Assembly (NCBI GenBank): GCA_016861085.1
Contig: BOKR01000001.1
Coordinates: forward strand, 668,081-732,080
Origin: Patescibacteria group bacterium
GTDB taxonomy: Bacteria; Patescibacteriota; Microgenomatia; UBA1400; PJMF01
Direction of reading: 5' to 3'
Length of the DNA stretch: 64,000 nucleotides
The notes under the pieces were generated by a model, which was not told the DNA's origin, did not search any database, and worked only from the letters and a program-made list of their open reading frames with translations. The position numbers were made by a program, and so were the translations under genes. Shown here piece by piece: positions 9,082 to 19,067 of the stretch (its first letter is position 1; the number at the start of each line of letters is the position of its first letter).

Positions 9082-9324
9082 TTAAGATTCGTCCTTCAGC
9101 TTCCTAATTTTTGCATCGAGCTGATACCCCTTGTGTTGGTATATTTTATCAAGAGGATCTGGGCTGGCAAACTCTTTCTTTAGAAGAGTTTTACGCTCAT
9201 TCATGGCTTTACTCAGCGATTGATTCATTTGTTGAGCTCGTTTTTCCCCGAATGAGGTTGGTTTTGGTGTTACTGACTTTCGTGTAGCTGAACCTAAACT
9301 CAACAATGGTTTTAAAAATTTCAC
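9082..9324 (-). CDS. Hypothetical small basic protein (80 aa)
   Basis: ORF overlapping the stop of the S51 peptidase gene by 4 nt. K/R-rich, no known domain. Confidence 0.35.
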   Translation of the reverse strand: MKFLKPLLSLGSATRKSVTPKPTSFGEKRAQQMNQSLSKAMNERKTLLKKEFASPDPLDKIYQHKGYQLDAKIRKLKDES

Positions 9325-9965
9325 TCTGCTCCTTTCGTATCAGAAATTATTACATCAGCATCAGTAAGCGCCACAAACACGACCTTATTATTTAAATAGT
9401 AGTCAACCACAACATTAATTTTTTGAGACTCAGGATGATCAGATCTAAAATGAGGCGCTACACTATAATGAATTATCCCCAAACCTTCTTCTAACCTCTG
9501 TTTTTTATATCCTTCAGGATCGATCTGTGGATCATCAACGAACTGCAATCCGTCCAAGCTCGGGCTAAGAACACACATTCCAGCACTATACCCCGCATAC
9601 ACAAAATCGTCTTGCTTTGCTAGATCAAAGATAATTTTGTCAAAACCACTCTCTTGGAATGCACGTCGTAACACAAACACATTACCACCACGTACATAGA
9701 CAGCGTTAAACTCTGCGAGTTTTTTTTTGAGGGCATCAGTCTTACCAAAGTATTCGCGCAAATCAACTTGTTCAACCTCTAACCCGAGTCCTTCAATATC
9801 GCGTTTATCCCTTTGTACTGATTTGGTGAGTTCAAAATAATTATTGGTAAAGTCAAGTGCGTTGGTAATGAGAGCAACTTTTTTATTTTTAGTCACCGAT
9901 AACAACAAATCTTTAAACTTTTCTGGATATTCTCCCAAGCGGTATGAAGCTAAATATAGTTGCAC
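9321..9965 (-). CDS. Peptidase S51 family (dipeptidase E / cyanophycinase-like) protein
   Basis: Ser-nucleophile elbow region YAGYSAGMCVL and overall length/pattern typical of PepE-like S51 peptidases. Confidence 0.6.
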   Translation of the reverse strand: MQLYLASYRLGEYPEKFKDLLLSVTKNKKVALITNALDFTNNYFELTKSVQRDKRDIEGLGLEVEQVDLREYFGKTDALKKKLAEFNAVYVRGGNVFVLRRAFQESGFDKIIFDLAKQDDFVYAGYSAGMCVLSPSLDGLQFVDDPQIDPEGYKKQRLEEGLGIIHYSVAPHFRSDHPESQKINVVVDYYLNNKVVFVALTDADVIISDTKGAE

Positions 9966-9970
9966 ACTTT

Positions 9971-10204
9971 TTATCCCTGTAGTACTTCAATCATTACACC
10001 AGCCATACTGACCGGAATATAGAACCTAACTCCTGTAGCATCAGTGACAATAACTTGCTCATCTTCACCATTCAAACCATTTGTTCCTTGAATCGTTCCT
10101 CTCTCTTTATGTGGAGAAATCACTACTGGGTTTTTAAAATTACACGCAGTTCCAACCAAAGCAGACCAGTTCACAGCTTCTTTTCTCAACAAAGTTTTTT
10201 TCAT
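9971..10204 (-). CDS. Hypothetical small protein (77 aa)
   Basis: ORF 5 nt upstream of the S51 peptidase start on the same strand. No confident domain. Confidence 0.35.
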   Translation of the reverse strand: MKKTLLRKEAVNWSALVGTACNFKNPVVISPHKERGTIQGTNGLNGEDEQVIVTDATGVRFYIPVSMAGVMIEVLQG

Positions 10205-10374
10205 AGCAAAAATCCTCTGAGACGCAATCTTTTACTTATCATAAGCATACCACAGTGCTACGGTTTATGTAAGAAAAAACCAGTAGGATATATTCAGTAA
10301 GTACAAAATTGCATATGGTTATTTTTCAGAAAGTTTGCTTTACTTACTGATGCATAAAAACCCAAAGCAAGTTT

Positions 10375-10404
10375 TGTAACAAAGTATTAGTATGTGTAAC
10401 AAAA
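10375..10404 (+). promoter_or_regulatory. Direct repeat TGTAACAAAG(N10)TGTAACAAAA immediately upstream of the recA start; candidate repressor site
   Basis: Read directly at 10375-10384 and 10395-10404, 20 bp centre-to-centre. It lies 13-42 nt upstream of the recA ATG at 10417. Confidence 0.35.
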
Positions 10405-10416
10405 GGTAAGGAAAGT

Positions 10417-11481
10417 ATGACAAAAAAATCTAAAATGCAGGATGCCCCCGAAGAAATCTCAGAAAAATCAGCAAAACAGCAAGCTATCTCTATAGCTATG
10501 CAACAAATTGAAAAAGAATTTGGCAAGGGTTCGGTCATGAAAATGGGTGATTCTTTGCGTAATATGGCAACCATTCCGGTTATTTCAACTGGTTCTTTAG
10601 CATTAAACTTGGCACTTGGTATCGGTGGATTTCCAAAAGGCAGAATCATTGAAATTTATGGACCAGAGGCTTCTGGTAAAACAACGCTTTGTCTACATGC
10701 GATTGCAAATGTACAAAAACAGGGTGGAGTTGCTGCCTTTATTGACGTTGAGCACGCCCTTGACCCACAAAGAGCCGAGAAAATTGGTGTCAATTTAGAT
10801 GAACTGCTTATTTCTCAACCAGATTATGGTGAACAAGCACTTGAAATCGCAGAAAAACTTATTCGTTCTGGTGGTGTTGATGTCTTAATTATCGACTCTG
10901 TGGCAGCGTTAGTTCCAAAATCTGAAATTGAGGGTGAAATGGGTGACCACCAAATGGGCACTCAAGCTCGCTTAATGTCACAAGCTATGAGAAAACTTAC
11001 CGGAGCAATTAGTAAAACTAAAACGCTCGTAATTTTCACCAACCAGATTCGCTTTAAGATTGGTGTCATGTTTGGCTCTCCAGAGACTACTACAGGAGGA
11101 AACGCACTTAAGTTTTATGCTTCACTCAGACTTGATATTAGAAAAGTCGGCAATATTCAAGAAGGTGAACAAATTGTTGGTAGTCGCCATAGAGTTAAGG
11201 TCAAGAAAAACAAACTTGCTCCTCCATTTCAAGAAGCAGAATTTGACATGGATGAAAATGGTATTTCTATGACAGGTGATGTTGTGGACCTAGGGGTCAG
11301 AGAAAATATTATTCAAAAAGCAGGCAGTTTCTATAAGTATGGTGGTGAGGTAATTGCACAAGGAAGAGAAGCTACAAAAACCTATCTCGCTGAAAATCCA
11401 AGTGTCATGAAAAAAATGCAAAAAGAAATTTGGGATACAATTAAAAAAGAAAACAAAATTGAGGAACCAAAAGAAGAATAA
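10417..11481 (+). CDS. recA: Recombinase RecA
   Basis: Walker [11 protein letters not shown], the RecA signature [15 protein letters not shown]2-loop region. 354 aa. Confidence 0.95.
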   Translation: MTKKSKMQDAPEEISEKSAKQQAISIAMQQIEKEFGKGSVMKMGDSLRNMATIPVISTGSLALNLALGIGGFPKGRIIEIYGPEASGKTTLCLHAIANVQKQGGVAAFIDVEHALDPQRAEKIGVNLDELLISQPDYGEQALEIAEKLIRSGGVDVLIIDSVAALVPKSEIEGEMGDHQMGTQARLMSQAMRKLTGAISKTKTLVIFTNQIRFKIGVMFGSPETTTGGNALKFYASLRLDIRKVGNIQEGEQIVGSRHRVKVKKNKLAPPFQEAEFDMDENGISMTGDVVDLGVRENIIQKAGSFYKYGGEVIAQGREATKTYLAENPSVMKKMQKEIWDTIKKENKIEEPKEE

Positions 11482-11502
11482 ATTTAACGCTGAAACTACT
11501 TA

Positions 11503-11536
11503 GCACCTCGAGTATACTCGGGGTGCTTTTCTCTTA
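11503..11536 (+). terminator. Rho-independent terminator after recA: GCACCTCGAG-TATA-CTCGGGGTGC then TTTTCTCTT
   Basis: 10-bp stem (one G-U pair) and T-rich tail, seen directly. Confidence 0.6.
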
Positions 11537-11542
11537 CTGGCA

Positions 11543-11571
11543 TTGACTTAGAACCTATCTACGAGTACAAT
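11543..11571 (+). promoter_or_regulatory. Sigma-70-like promoter (TTGACT-17-TACAAT) that would give rny a leader of about 250 nt
   Basis: Hexamers read directly at 11543-11548 and 11566-11571. Confidence 0.45.
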
Positions 11572-11828
11572 GTGTACTGTGCTGAAGTCTTTAAAGAAAG
11601 AATTAAGCAAAATAACTTAGGTATATTGGAAATTATTACAAAAATAAATAATGAGTGATACAAAAAACACAGCGAGCGGCTCTTCACCACAGTAAATACT
11701 ATCTGTGGTAGATAACCGTACCTCACAAAATAGCACTCTCATTCTTCCGCCTACACAAAGTTATTTTCTTAAAGCTTGATTTTAGCCAATTTATTAGTTA
11801 GTAAATTTGGAAAAATAGTAAGGAATAT

Positions 11829-13436
11829 ATGTCATTTTTTGGAAATTTATCAACGTTGTTTGGACCTACACAGCAAGGCAAAAGACAACAAACAGTAGGA
11901 GGACAACCTGCACAGCAAGGAGCTGCAAAACCAAAGTTTCAAAAACATAAACGAAACAAAAAACAGCACCAACAAGATGTCAGACCTCAACAAGTACAAG
12001 TAGTTACCCCAGTAATTCCTGAGAATATTCAGCAGATCAGAAGAGATGCCGAAGCAAAAGCTCGCGAAATCATTGTTGAGGCAAAGTCAGAAGCATTACA
12101 ATTAAGAAGTAAAGCTGAGCAAGAACAGCGAGAGCTTGGCAAACAGCTTGAACAACAACAAAGAATCCTACAAGCAAAACTAGATCGTATTGATGAGCGA
12201 CTAGAAGTCATTAGTACTAAAGAAGAACAGCTTGAAAAAAAACGCTTTGAAATTGTTGAACTCAAACAAGACGTAGAAAAAGAAAAAGAAAAAGTTCTCA
12301 AAGAACTTGAAAAAGTTTCAACGTTCACTCGCGATGAAGCAAAAGAAGAACTCCTGCAACGACTTGAGAAAAAATTGAGCAAGGAAACCGCTCTCTTTAT
12401 TCGACAAAAAGAAGAAGAAGCTCACACTGAAGCAGATGAGAAAGTCAAAGAAATCTTAATTGATGCCATGAAACATGGTGCTACAGAATATGTACCTGAA
12501 TACACTATTTCAGTTGTTACTCTTCCATCAGAAGATGCTAAAGGTAAAATCATCGGTAAATCAGGGAGAAACATTAATGCCTTCGAAAGAAGAACTGGTG
12601 TTGATGTTGACCTTGATATGTCACCAACCGAAGTTCGTCTTTCTTGTTTTGACCCAGTCAGAAGAGAAATCGCTAGAATTTCTTTGGAACGATTAGTTAA
12701 AGATGGCCGTATCCAACCAACCAGAATTGAAGAAGTTGTCGACAAAGTTGAAAAAGAAATGGCGAAAACCACCCTCGAAGCTGGTAAAAAACTCTGTCAC
12801 GACGTTGGTGTTTTTAACTTGCCAATCGACTTAATGAAAATGCTTGGAAAATTTAAATTTAGATTTTCTTATGGTCAAAACTTGATTGCTCACACTTTAG
12901 AAGAGACTAAAATTGGTATCAAGATTGCTCACGAACTTGGTCTTGATGTCAACACAGTTAAACTAGGGTGTTTACTTCATGACATTGGTAAAGTTTCCGA
13001 AGAAACTGAAGGATCTCACGTTGAGCTCGGTATTAAAATTGCCAAACGCTATAACATGCCACAACCAGTCATTGACTGTATTGCCCAACATCACGAGGAT
13101 GAACCATTCTCTGGACCAGAACAGATGGCTGTCTACATTGCCGATGCAATTTCAGGAGCTCGACCAGGTGCTCGATATGAAAACTATGACGAATACGTTA
13201 AAAGATTGCAACAACTTGAAGAAATTGCAATGCAGTACAAAGAAGTTAAACAAGCATATGCTATTCAAGCTGGACGTGAAGTTCGTGTTCTATTAGAACC
13301 TGAACAATCCAAAGACGACGACGTAAAATCATTAAGTCTTAAAATCAGAGACGAAATCAAGGAAAAAGTTACCTATCCAGGAACTGTTACCGTTACTGTT
13401 ATTAGAGAAACACGTGGATCTGAAATAGCAAAATAG
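11829..13436 (+). CDS. rny: Ribonuclease Y (KH + HD domains); N-terminus is Q/K-rich and lacks a transmembrane helix
   Basis: KH region IIGKSGRNINAFERRTGVDVDL and the HD-domain motif GCLLHDIGK…HHED. 535 aa. Confidence 0.9.
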   Translation: MSFFGNLSTLFGPTQQGKRQQTVGGQPAQQGAAKPKFQKHKRNKKQHQQDVRPQQVQVVTPVIPENIQQIRRDAEAKAREIIVEAKSEALQLRSKAEQEQRELGKQLEQQQRILQAKLDRIDERLEVISTKEEQLEKKRFEIVELKQDVEKEKEKVLKELEKVSTFTRDEAKEELLQRLEKKLSKETALFIRQKEEEAHTEADEKVKEILIDAMKHGATEYVPEYTISVVTLPSEDAKGKIIGKSGRNINAFERRTGVDVDLDMSPTEVRLSCFDPVRREIARISLERLVKDGRIQPTRIEEVVDKVEKEMAKTTLEAGKKLCHDVGVFNLPIDLMKMLGKFKFRFSYGQNLIAHTLEETKIGIKIAHELGLDVNTVKLGCLLHDIGKVSEETEGSHVELGIKIAKRYNMPQPVIDCIAQHHEDEPFSGPEQMAVYIADAISGARPGARYENYDEYVKRLQQLEEIAMQYKEVKQAYAIQAGREVRVLLEPEQSKDDDVKSLSLKIRDEIKEKVTYPGTVTVTVIRETRGSEIAK

Positions 13437-13459
13437 TGTACACTTGAAAGAGAATATAT

Positions 13460-13678
13460 ATGAATAACCTATGGTTAATCGTTCAAGCGATTGTATCAGT
13501 ACTTATTATCACTGCAGTTTTGCTGCAAACACAAGGTGGCGGAATTGGCCCAGCTTTTGGCGGTGGCGGTGAGAGTTATCATACTAGAAGAGGTATAGAA
13601 AAAGTGCTGTTCAATGCAACAATAGTACTTGTTGCCTTATTTGCCGTTGCTTCTATTGCTTCGCTTGTAACTAAATAA
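13460..13678 (+). CDS. secG: Preprotein translocase subunit SecG
   Basis: Two TM segments flanking a Gly-rich loop LLQTQGGGIGPAFGGGGES, typical SecG pattern. 72 aa. Confidence 0.7.
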   Translation: MNNLWLIVQAIVSVLIITAVLLQTQGGGIGPAFGGGGESYHTRRGIEKVLFNATIVLVALFAVASIASLVTK

Positions 13679-13695
13679 CGAACACAAAGGTTTAC

Positions 13696-15096
13696 ATGAG
13701 AAAACTGTATTGGTATTTAACAACATATGCCAAAAAACATGGAGCAATCCTAATTACTTCTGTTGTTATAGCCATAGCAGTTTTCTCGTTCATAGTTCCA
13801 TCACTCATTTCGGTCATTGAAAATAAAAAAACACAGTATGTTGGTCTTATCGGTGATTTCAATATCGACACCTTGCCCATAGAAGTTACTGGAAAACTGA
13901 GTGCCGGCTTAACGAAAATCAATCCGGACGGTACTGTTGAGCCATTACTCGCACAACGCTGGAGTACAGAACAAGAAGGAAAAACATATCGATTCATCTT
14001 GAAAGAAGGTATTTTCTTTCGAGACGGGCGCGAACTAACAACACAAGATATTACTTATTACTTCCCAAATGTTGAAACGATTGTTACTCCTAACGATATT
14101 GTTTTTAAATTACCTGACTCGTTTGCTCCATTTCCTGTTGCTGTTTCACAACCAATTCTGCGAAAAGAGAACCAAACACATAAGGTGTTATTAACAAGAC
14201 CAACACTTATTGGGATTGGTCCATATTCACTCACTGATTATGAAAAAATCGGTAACAGAATTTCAGAAGTTCGCCTTGAGGGTAGAGATGACAAATACAT
14301 ATATAGATTCTATCTAACTGAAAAAGATGCAGTTACCGCATTTAAACATGGTGAAGTAGATTTATTACCTGGACTCTCACAGGCATTTGACATTGTTGAT
14401 TGGAAATCAGCTAAAGTTACAAAAGAAACAGATTTTAGCAAATATCTTGCGGTCTTTTTTAACATGCGTGAGCAAAAGTTCACAAAAAACATACGACAAG
14501 CTCTCTCATATGCTATTGATAAACCAACAGATGAATCTAGAGCTTTAGGTCCAATAAGTCCTGAATCATGGGCATATTTACCTGCTTTAAAAACTTATGA
14601 CAAAGATATTGAAAGAGGCATTGAAAGAATTCTAGACGAACCTCCTCAGGAAAAGCTTGAGTTCAACCTAACTACCACTTCAACATATCAACCTATAGCT
14701 GAAGAAATTATTAAGCAATGGGAAGAGTTTGGTCAAAAAGCATTTGAATCATGCCAGGCTTCTAGCACGATTAAAGAAAAATCAGTTTGTGAGAATATGA
14801 AAATCAAAACTAGCTTAAAAATCACAAACTTCCCTGATACAAGTAACTTTGAGCTGTTGCTCATTGGCCAAGAGTCGCCACCAGATCCTGACCAGTATCA
14901 ACTCTGGCACTCAGGAGAAAGCACCAACTTTACCGGATACAAAAATACTCGTATTGATAATTTGCTTGAAAAAGGCCGACAGACTACTAATTTTCAGGAA
15001 CGCAAAGAAATTTATCAAGAATTTCAACAGTTCTTTTTGGAAGATGCACCTGCCATTTTTATTAAACACTTAGATTCGTATACAATTTCACGGTAA
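13696..15096 (+). CDS. ABC transporter substrate-binding protein, family 5 (peptide/nickel type), N-terminally membrane-anchored. No cognate permease or ATPase adjacent.
   Basis: N-terminal TM helix, then the SBP_bac_5-like region LAQRWSTEQEGKTYRFILKEGIFFRDGRELTTQDI. Confidence 0.65.
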   Translation: MRKLYWYLTTYAKKHGAILITSVVIAIAVFSFIVPSLISVIENKKTQYVGLIGDFNIDTLPIEVTGKLSAGLTKINPDGTVEPLLAQRWSTEQEGKTYRFILKEGIFFRDGRELTTQDITYYFPNVETIVTPNDIVFKLPDSFAPFPVAVSQPILRKENQTHKVLLTRPTLIGIGPYSLTDYEKIGNRISEVRLEGRDDKYIYRFYLTEKDAVTAFKHGEVDLLPGLSQAFDIVDWKSAKVTKETDFSKYLAVFFNMREQKFTKNIRQALSYAIDKPTDESRALGPISPESWAYLPALKTYDKDIERGIERILDEPPQEKLEFNLTTTSTYQPIAEEIIKQWEEFGQKAFESCQASSTIKEKSVCENMKIKTSLKITNFPDTSNFELLLIGQESPPDPDQYQLWHSGESTNFTGYKNTRIDNLLEKGRQTTNFQERKEIYQEFQQFFLEDAPAIFIKHLDSYTISR

Positions 15097-15101
15097 AAAA
15101 G

Positions 15102-15302
15102 TTAATTTTCTTCAGGAATTACCAACCAAAGTAAAACGTATGGAATTATTCCTGGTAGACCACCTGGCATGAGAAGCAACACCCAGAGCACCCTAACTAG
15201 GGTGACATCTATATCAAAATAGTTTGCCAGTGCTTGGGCAACTCCACCAATTTTTTTACCTTTTTTTGGTAAGAGTAATCGTTTGTTTTTTAGATTTTTC
15301 AT
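15102..15302 (-). CDS. PspC-domain small membrane protein
   Basis: GGVAQALANYFDIDVTLVRVLWVLLLMPGG…LLWLVIP matches the PspC domain pattern (GVCGGLAxYFGIDPTLVRxxFVLL). Confidence 0.6.
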   Translation of the reverse strand: MKNLKNKRLLLPKKGKKIGGVAQALANYFDIDVTLVRVLWVLLLMPGGLPGIIPYVLLWLVIPEEN

Positions 15303-15311
15303 ATGCTGCTA

Positions 15312-16358
15312 TTATAACCTACGCATCTTCTTACGCAAAAGTTCAAATGCAGCAGTCACTGTATATTTTGCTGAAAGCGGAACATCCTGAGCATGCAAGT
15401 ATTCAACTGGAGTACCACCAAATCCAGTCTTAAACATTGTTACTCCCGCAAAGCGGTGGTTTACTGCACCTTCAGGAGCTATGCCCCAGAAATTATACCG
15501 TAAACAGCCTCTAGCTTTCGCTTCTAAAATCGCTGCCCACTGACATGCATAGCTGCCAGGGAGTTTTGCATTCTCATCAGTTGAAATTCCGTAGTGATAT
15601 ACTGCTTCTTTATTGTAGAAAATAACAAACGCCGAAGCTAATAGCTTTCCTTCATAATATGAGTGAAATAACACTACTTGATCGTCTTGTGCAAATGCTT
15701 TGAATTGCTCATGTAAAAACTCATATGAAAACGGTACAAATCCATGGTGCTTAGCGAGTGCAACTTGGTTATCATAAAAAGCCTTGATTTCTTCAGGATT
15801 ACTGGTCTTTTCAACAATAATTCCCAGACTTTGCGCTTTACGAATTGAAGATCGGTGATTTTTTCTCATTTGAGCAAGTAATGCATCATTAGACAAAGAT
15901 AAATCCAACTGTAACGTTAAATCTGCTGTTAGATGCATTGGTGAAAGGCGCGCCCCTACAACAGAAATAACCTTCTCCTGCAATTCTGGGGTATTCATTT
16001 CCTGGGGGCGAAACCGAATAAAATCTACCTTTTGCTCTTGGGCAGTAATTTTGATTTGCGTAAAAACGTATTCAAATAATTCTTGATTGCTCCAATCCAT
16101 AATTGGACCACCAGCAATCGTAACATAGTTTCCGCGCTTGGCTTTTTCAACAACAAGTTGTGCTAAAGCAACTGGTTTTTCTTGTTCTAAAAACAACAGC
16201 CGTACTACTGTCTTTCCTAAATTATGATGAAATACACCCCAGTTCCATGACTGTAAAAAGTTAGCCTCTGCAAAATGAGCAACAGCATTTTCCCACTGTT
16301 CTTTGGTCGCGTCAGTGATGATAGTTATATTCATACATTCTCCAGTAGTATGGTACAA
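15312..16358 (-). CDS. FemAB-family (FemX-like) aminoacyl-tRNA-dependent peptidyltransferase
   Basis: 348 aa, FemAB-family pattern (FLQSWNWG…, MRKNHRSSIRKA, YNFWGI) without the coiled-coil insert, i.e. FemX-like. Confidence 0.75.
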   Translation of the reverse strand: MYHTTGECMNITIITDATKEQWENAVAHFAEANFLQSWNWGVFHHNLGKTVVRLLFLEQEKPVALAQLVVEKAKRGNYVTIAGGPIMDWSNQELFEYVFTQIKITAQEQKVDFIRFRPQEMNTPELQEKVISVVGARLSPMHLTADLTLQLDLSLSNDALLAQMRKNHRSSIRKAQSLGIIVEKTSNPEEIKAFYDNQVALAKHHGFVPFSYEFLHEQFKAFAQDDQVVLFHSYYEGKLLASAFVIFYNKEAVYHYGISTDENAKLPGSYACQWAAILEAKARGCLRYNFWGIAPEGAVNHRFAGVTMFKTGFGGTPVEYLHAQDVPLSAKYTVTAAFELLRKKMRRL

Positions 16359-17614
16359 ATTTTCTTGGCAATAGCTGGCGTTATTTCTCTGTGAGTTGGG
16401 AGATTTAACACCTGAGTTGCTAAAAGCTCAGCATGAGGGCAACTTTTATTTTGATACATTGTCTTACACTGATAACTACCACAATCAACCGACCAACGAT
16501 ACCAACGATCAGAAACATAGATTCTATTTTTCTTTAAAGCAGCAACTAATTTTTTCACCTGAGTGTCATCTGTACAACGAACACTAAACCGTAAATTACT
16601 TGACCGTTCTAACTCTTCTTTCGTAAACAAAAGTTGAAGTCCACCTTGTTTCAGGCTGCTCTGGCTTAACTGCTCAAAATATATCTGTGCAATCTTTTTT
16701 CGATGCTCTATTTGTTGTTCCAAACCTTTAAACTGCAGTACTGCTAGTTTCGCATACGCTTGATGCATCCAGGTCATTGTGTCTGTTTTACTCTTAATTG
16801 GAGAGCCTAATAACCCGAGTTTTTTTGCCAAAACAAATACCACTTTCCCAAAACCAAAATGGTGTGTTTTACGAATAAAGGAAGTTAGATCTGGGTATAG
16901 TAAATCTTCATATACAATAGAAAATGGCAATTTTCCAACCATTTTCTTCACATCTATCAACCGTTCATTTCGCTCATCATCCATCACTTTGAAAACTACA
17001 GCTCCACCAGAAATTGCATCAATAATCTTGTCTTTACCAAACGAAAAAATTACTGCATCTGCTAGTTCTCCCAGCATCTTACCAGTACTATCAATACCCC
17101 CAATACCCTGGGCTATATCTTCTATCATTAGTAGACCGTGCGTATTACACCACTTTCTGATAGCAACACTATCTGCAGGAATTCCCAGACTATGCTGAAT
17201 TAAAACTGCTTTTGCTTGTGGATACTTTTTGTACGTCTCAGCAATACTCTCAACTGTCAAATTGGTTGAATCTCTTGAGATATCTGCATAGACTGCCTTC
17301 ATTCCAGCTCGCAACATTCCCTCTTCAACTGCATAACAACTAAAAGCTTGTGTAATAATCTCACTACCAGGTTTTAACAAAACTCTACAACAGGCTTCTA
17401 TAGCATCCCTGCCTTTGTACAAGCTGAGAACTTCACCACCATATGTTTGCGCTAAGTGTCTTTCTAGTTTTTTAACGTCAGATTTTCTTGAAAAGAAAAT
17501 ACTCCACAGACTTGTTGAAACGAATTTTAGAGAGTAATTAGAGCCTAAACTATTAAATATTGATTTCATATTATTCAAAGTATTGCTTTGCCCAAGCCGG
17601 CATTCTTCCCTCAA
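16331..17614 (-). CDS. DegT/DnrJ/EryC1/StrS-family PLP-dependent aminotransferase (sugar aminotransferase-like)
   Basis: PLP-lysine region VIFSFGKDKIIDAISGGAVVF (family pattern SFHxxKxxxxGEGG). Overlaps FemAB by 28 nt. An N-terminal extension is present if the first ATG is used. Confidence 0.65.
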   Translation of the reverse strand: MREECRLGQSNTLNNMKSIFNSLGSNYSLKFVSTSLWSIFFSRKSDVKKLERHLAQTYGGEVLSLYKGRDAIEACCRVLLKPGSEIITQAFSCYAVEEGMLRAGMKAVYADISRDSTNLTVESIAETYKKYPQAKAVLIQHSLGIPADSVAIRKWCNTHGLLMIEDIAQGIGGIDSTGKMLGELADAVIFSFGKDKIIDAISGGAVVFKVMDDERNERLIDVKKMVGKLPFSIVYEDLLYPDLTSFIRKTHHFGFGKVVFVLAKKLGLLGSPIKSKTDTMTWMHQAYAKLAVLQFKGLEQQIEHRKKIAQIYFEQLSQSSLKQGGLQLLFTKEELERSSNLRFSVRCTDDTQVKKLVAALKKNRIYVSDRWYRWSVDCGSYQCKTMYQNKSCPHAELLATQVLNLPTHREITPAIAKKICTILLENV

Positions 17615-19067
17615 TAACTATCAAGTCTTCCTTATCTAAAGTTGAAATTATTTCTTGCAATTGTTCCTTTGTAGTCAACAGCTCAGCACCAAAATAGCTT
17701 TGAAACTCTTCTTTTCCAGGCTCACCGACAAAAACGACGACATCAAAAACTTTTTTTGCATCTCTAGCTAATTCTAGATGAATTTCCCTTGAATCTTTAC
17801 CAAGATCAACAATACCTGGGGTCACCAATACCTTTTTATTTGCTTTCAGTGATCTTGCTAGAGTAATCATGGCTGAGAAACCCTTCGGATTACTGGTATC
17901 GCCATCATCAATGATTTTCACACCACTGGCAAGAGCGTAGGTTAAAACAAACTTATCATCAGGAGAGAAAGACTCAAGTGCATCAAGTATTGCAGCAGTA
18001 CCCAGTTTAAAGTGCATCGCTGTTGTAATTACGAGATGAACTAATTCTTTATACTGAACCCCAACAAGTTGTGTTCTAACAGTTTGTCCATTCCAAGAAA
18101 ACTGTAATTTTCCTTCTTGATTGACCCGAGCGTTTTCAATTTGGACAGCATTAAATTCTGGGCCGACAGCAATCAATTTTGCGTCATTTTTAGTATTACC
18201 AGTATCAACTATTTGTCTAGTCTGCTCGTCATAAACATTACAAATAACAGTAGCTTTTTGCGGCAGGCTAGCAACAAGTTCTGCCTTAGCCTTGATAATT
18301 TCCTGAAGACTACCAAACAACCCAACATGCTGTTTTGCCAAACCAGTGATAATTGCCATATCAGGTTTAACCCACTTAGCTAATTCTTTGATTTCACCTT
18401 TTTTGTAAGCTGCATATTCAATAATGGCAATTTCTTCACCGTTATATCCTGATACTACACTCTGAGCTACTGAATATTTAGTATTGTATGATTTTGGTGT
18501 CACAAACACTGAGTATTTTTTGCCAAGCACATGTGCTAACAGTAGCTTTGTAGAGGTCTTTCCGTAGCTACCAGTGATTCCAATAACCGTAGGTTTCTTC
18601 GTATCTAACAGAGCTTTTGCTTGCAATAATTTTTTATATGTTTGCACATATGCCAATACTACAGTAGGCACAGCGCTCAACATAACTAAGAACGGAATAG
18701 TTACTAAATATAATACTAAAAGTAACAAATATGCCGTATATCGATACCACAACGGGTATGGATACCATTGCAATAGGAACTGTGTAATAAATTCCATTCC
18801 ACCCCGAAGAAATAAAAAGGACAACAATGCAAATATAGCCGAAAGCAACAGTGATCTGTGGGTCATTTTTGGTCGTTTTAAACCTGTTTTAGAAAAATCA
18901 GATTTTTTTGGCAAAATTCGCAACAACTCGCGGATGCCCTCACCTGAAAGTAAAAATAATGCAACTCGATCAAATCGATATTCCTTTTGCTGTAAAACAC
19001 CAATCCAACGAAGTGCTCGTACAAAAAAAGAGGCTAATAAAAAAAGTAGTACTAGAGTAGTTTTCAT
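17571..19067 (-). CDS. Mur ligase family protein (MurF-like ATP-binding and C-terminal domains) with an approx. 150-aa N-terminal polytopic membrane region
   Basis: P-loop VIGITGSYGKTSTKLLLAHVL, Mur-ligase central and C-terminal patterns. Residues 1-150 are hydrophobic (3-4 predicted TM). Overlaps the aminotransferase by 44 nt. Confidence 0.75.
   Translation of the reverse strand: MKTTLVLLFLLASFFVRALRWIGVLQQKEYRFDRVALFLLSGEGIRELLRILPKKSDFSKTGLKRPKMTHRSLLLSAIFALLSFLFLRGGMEFITQFLLQWYPYPLWYRYTAYLLLLVLYLVTIPFLVMLSAVPTVVLAYVQTYKKLLQAKALLDTKKPTVIGITGSYGKTSTKLLLAHVLGKKYSVFVTPKSYNTKYSVAQSVVSGYNGEEIAIIEYAAYKKGEIKELAKWVKPDMAIITGLAKQHVGLFGSLQEIIKAKAELVASLPQKATVICNVYDEQTRQIVDTGNTKNDAKLIAVGPEFNAVQIENARVNQEGKLQFSWNGQTVRTQLVGVQYKELVHLVITTAMHFKLGTAAILDALESFSPDDKFVLTYALASGVKIIDDGDTSNPKGFSAMITLARSLKANKKVLVTPGIVDLGKDSREIHLELARDAKKVFDVVVFVGEPGKEEFQSYFGAELLTTKEQLQEIISTLDKEDLIVIEGRMPAWAKQYFE

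Noticed and set aside
10344-10649. Minus-strand 101-aa ORF overlapping the recA 5' end
   Set aside because: It overlaps the highly conserved recA N-terminus and promoter and has no motifs, so it is a spurious antisense ORF.
11481-11829. The 348-nt recA-rny intergenic region was checked for a tRNA, riboswitch or T-box
   Set aside because: No cloverleaf-compatible GC-rich segments, no specifier/T-box motif, no conserved riboswitch core. Only a terminator, a promoter and a small 6-bp hairpin (CCACAG…CTGTGG) were seen, so it is called a long rny leader only.
12029-12772. Minus-strand ORFs 12029-12382 and 12422-12772 (Ser-rich) inside rny
   Set aside because: Antisense to the E/K-rich rny coding sequence; a compositional artefact.
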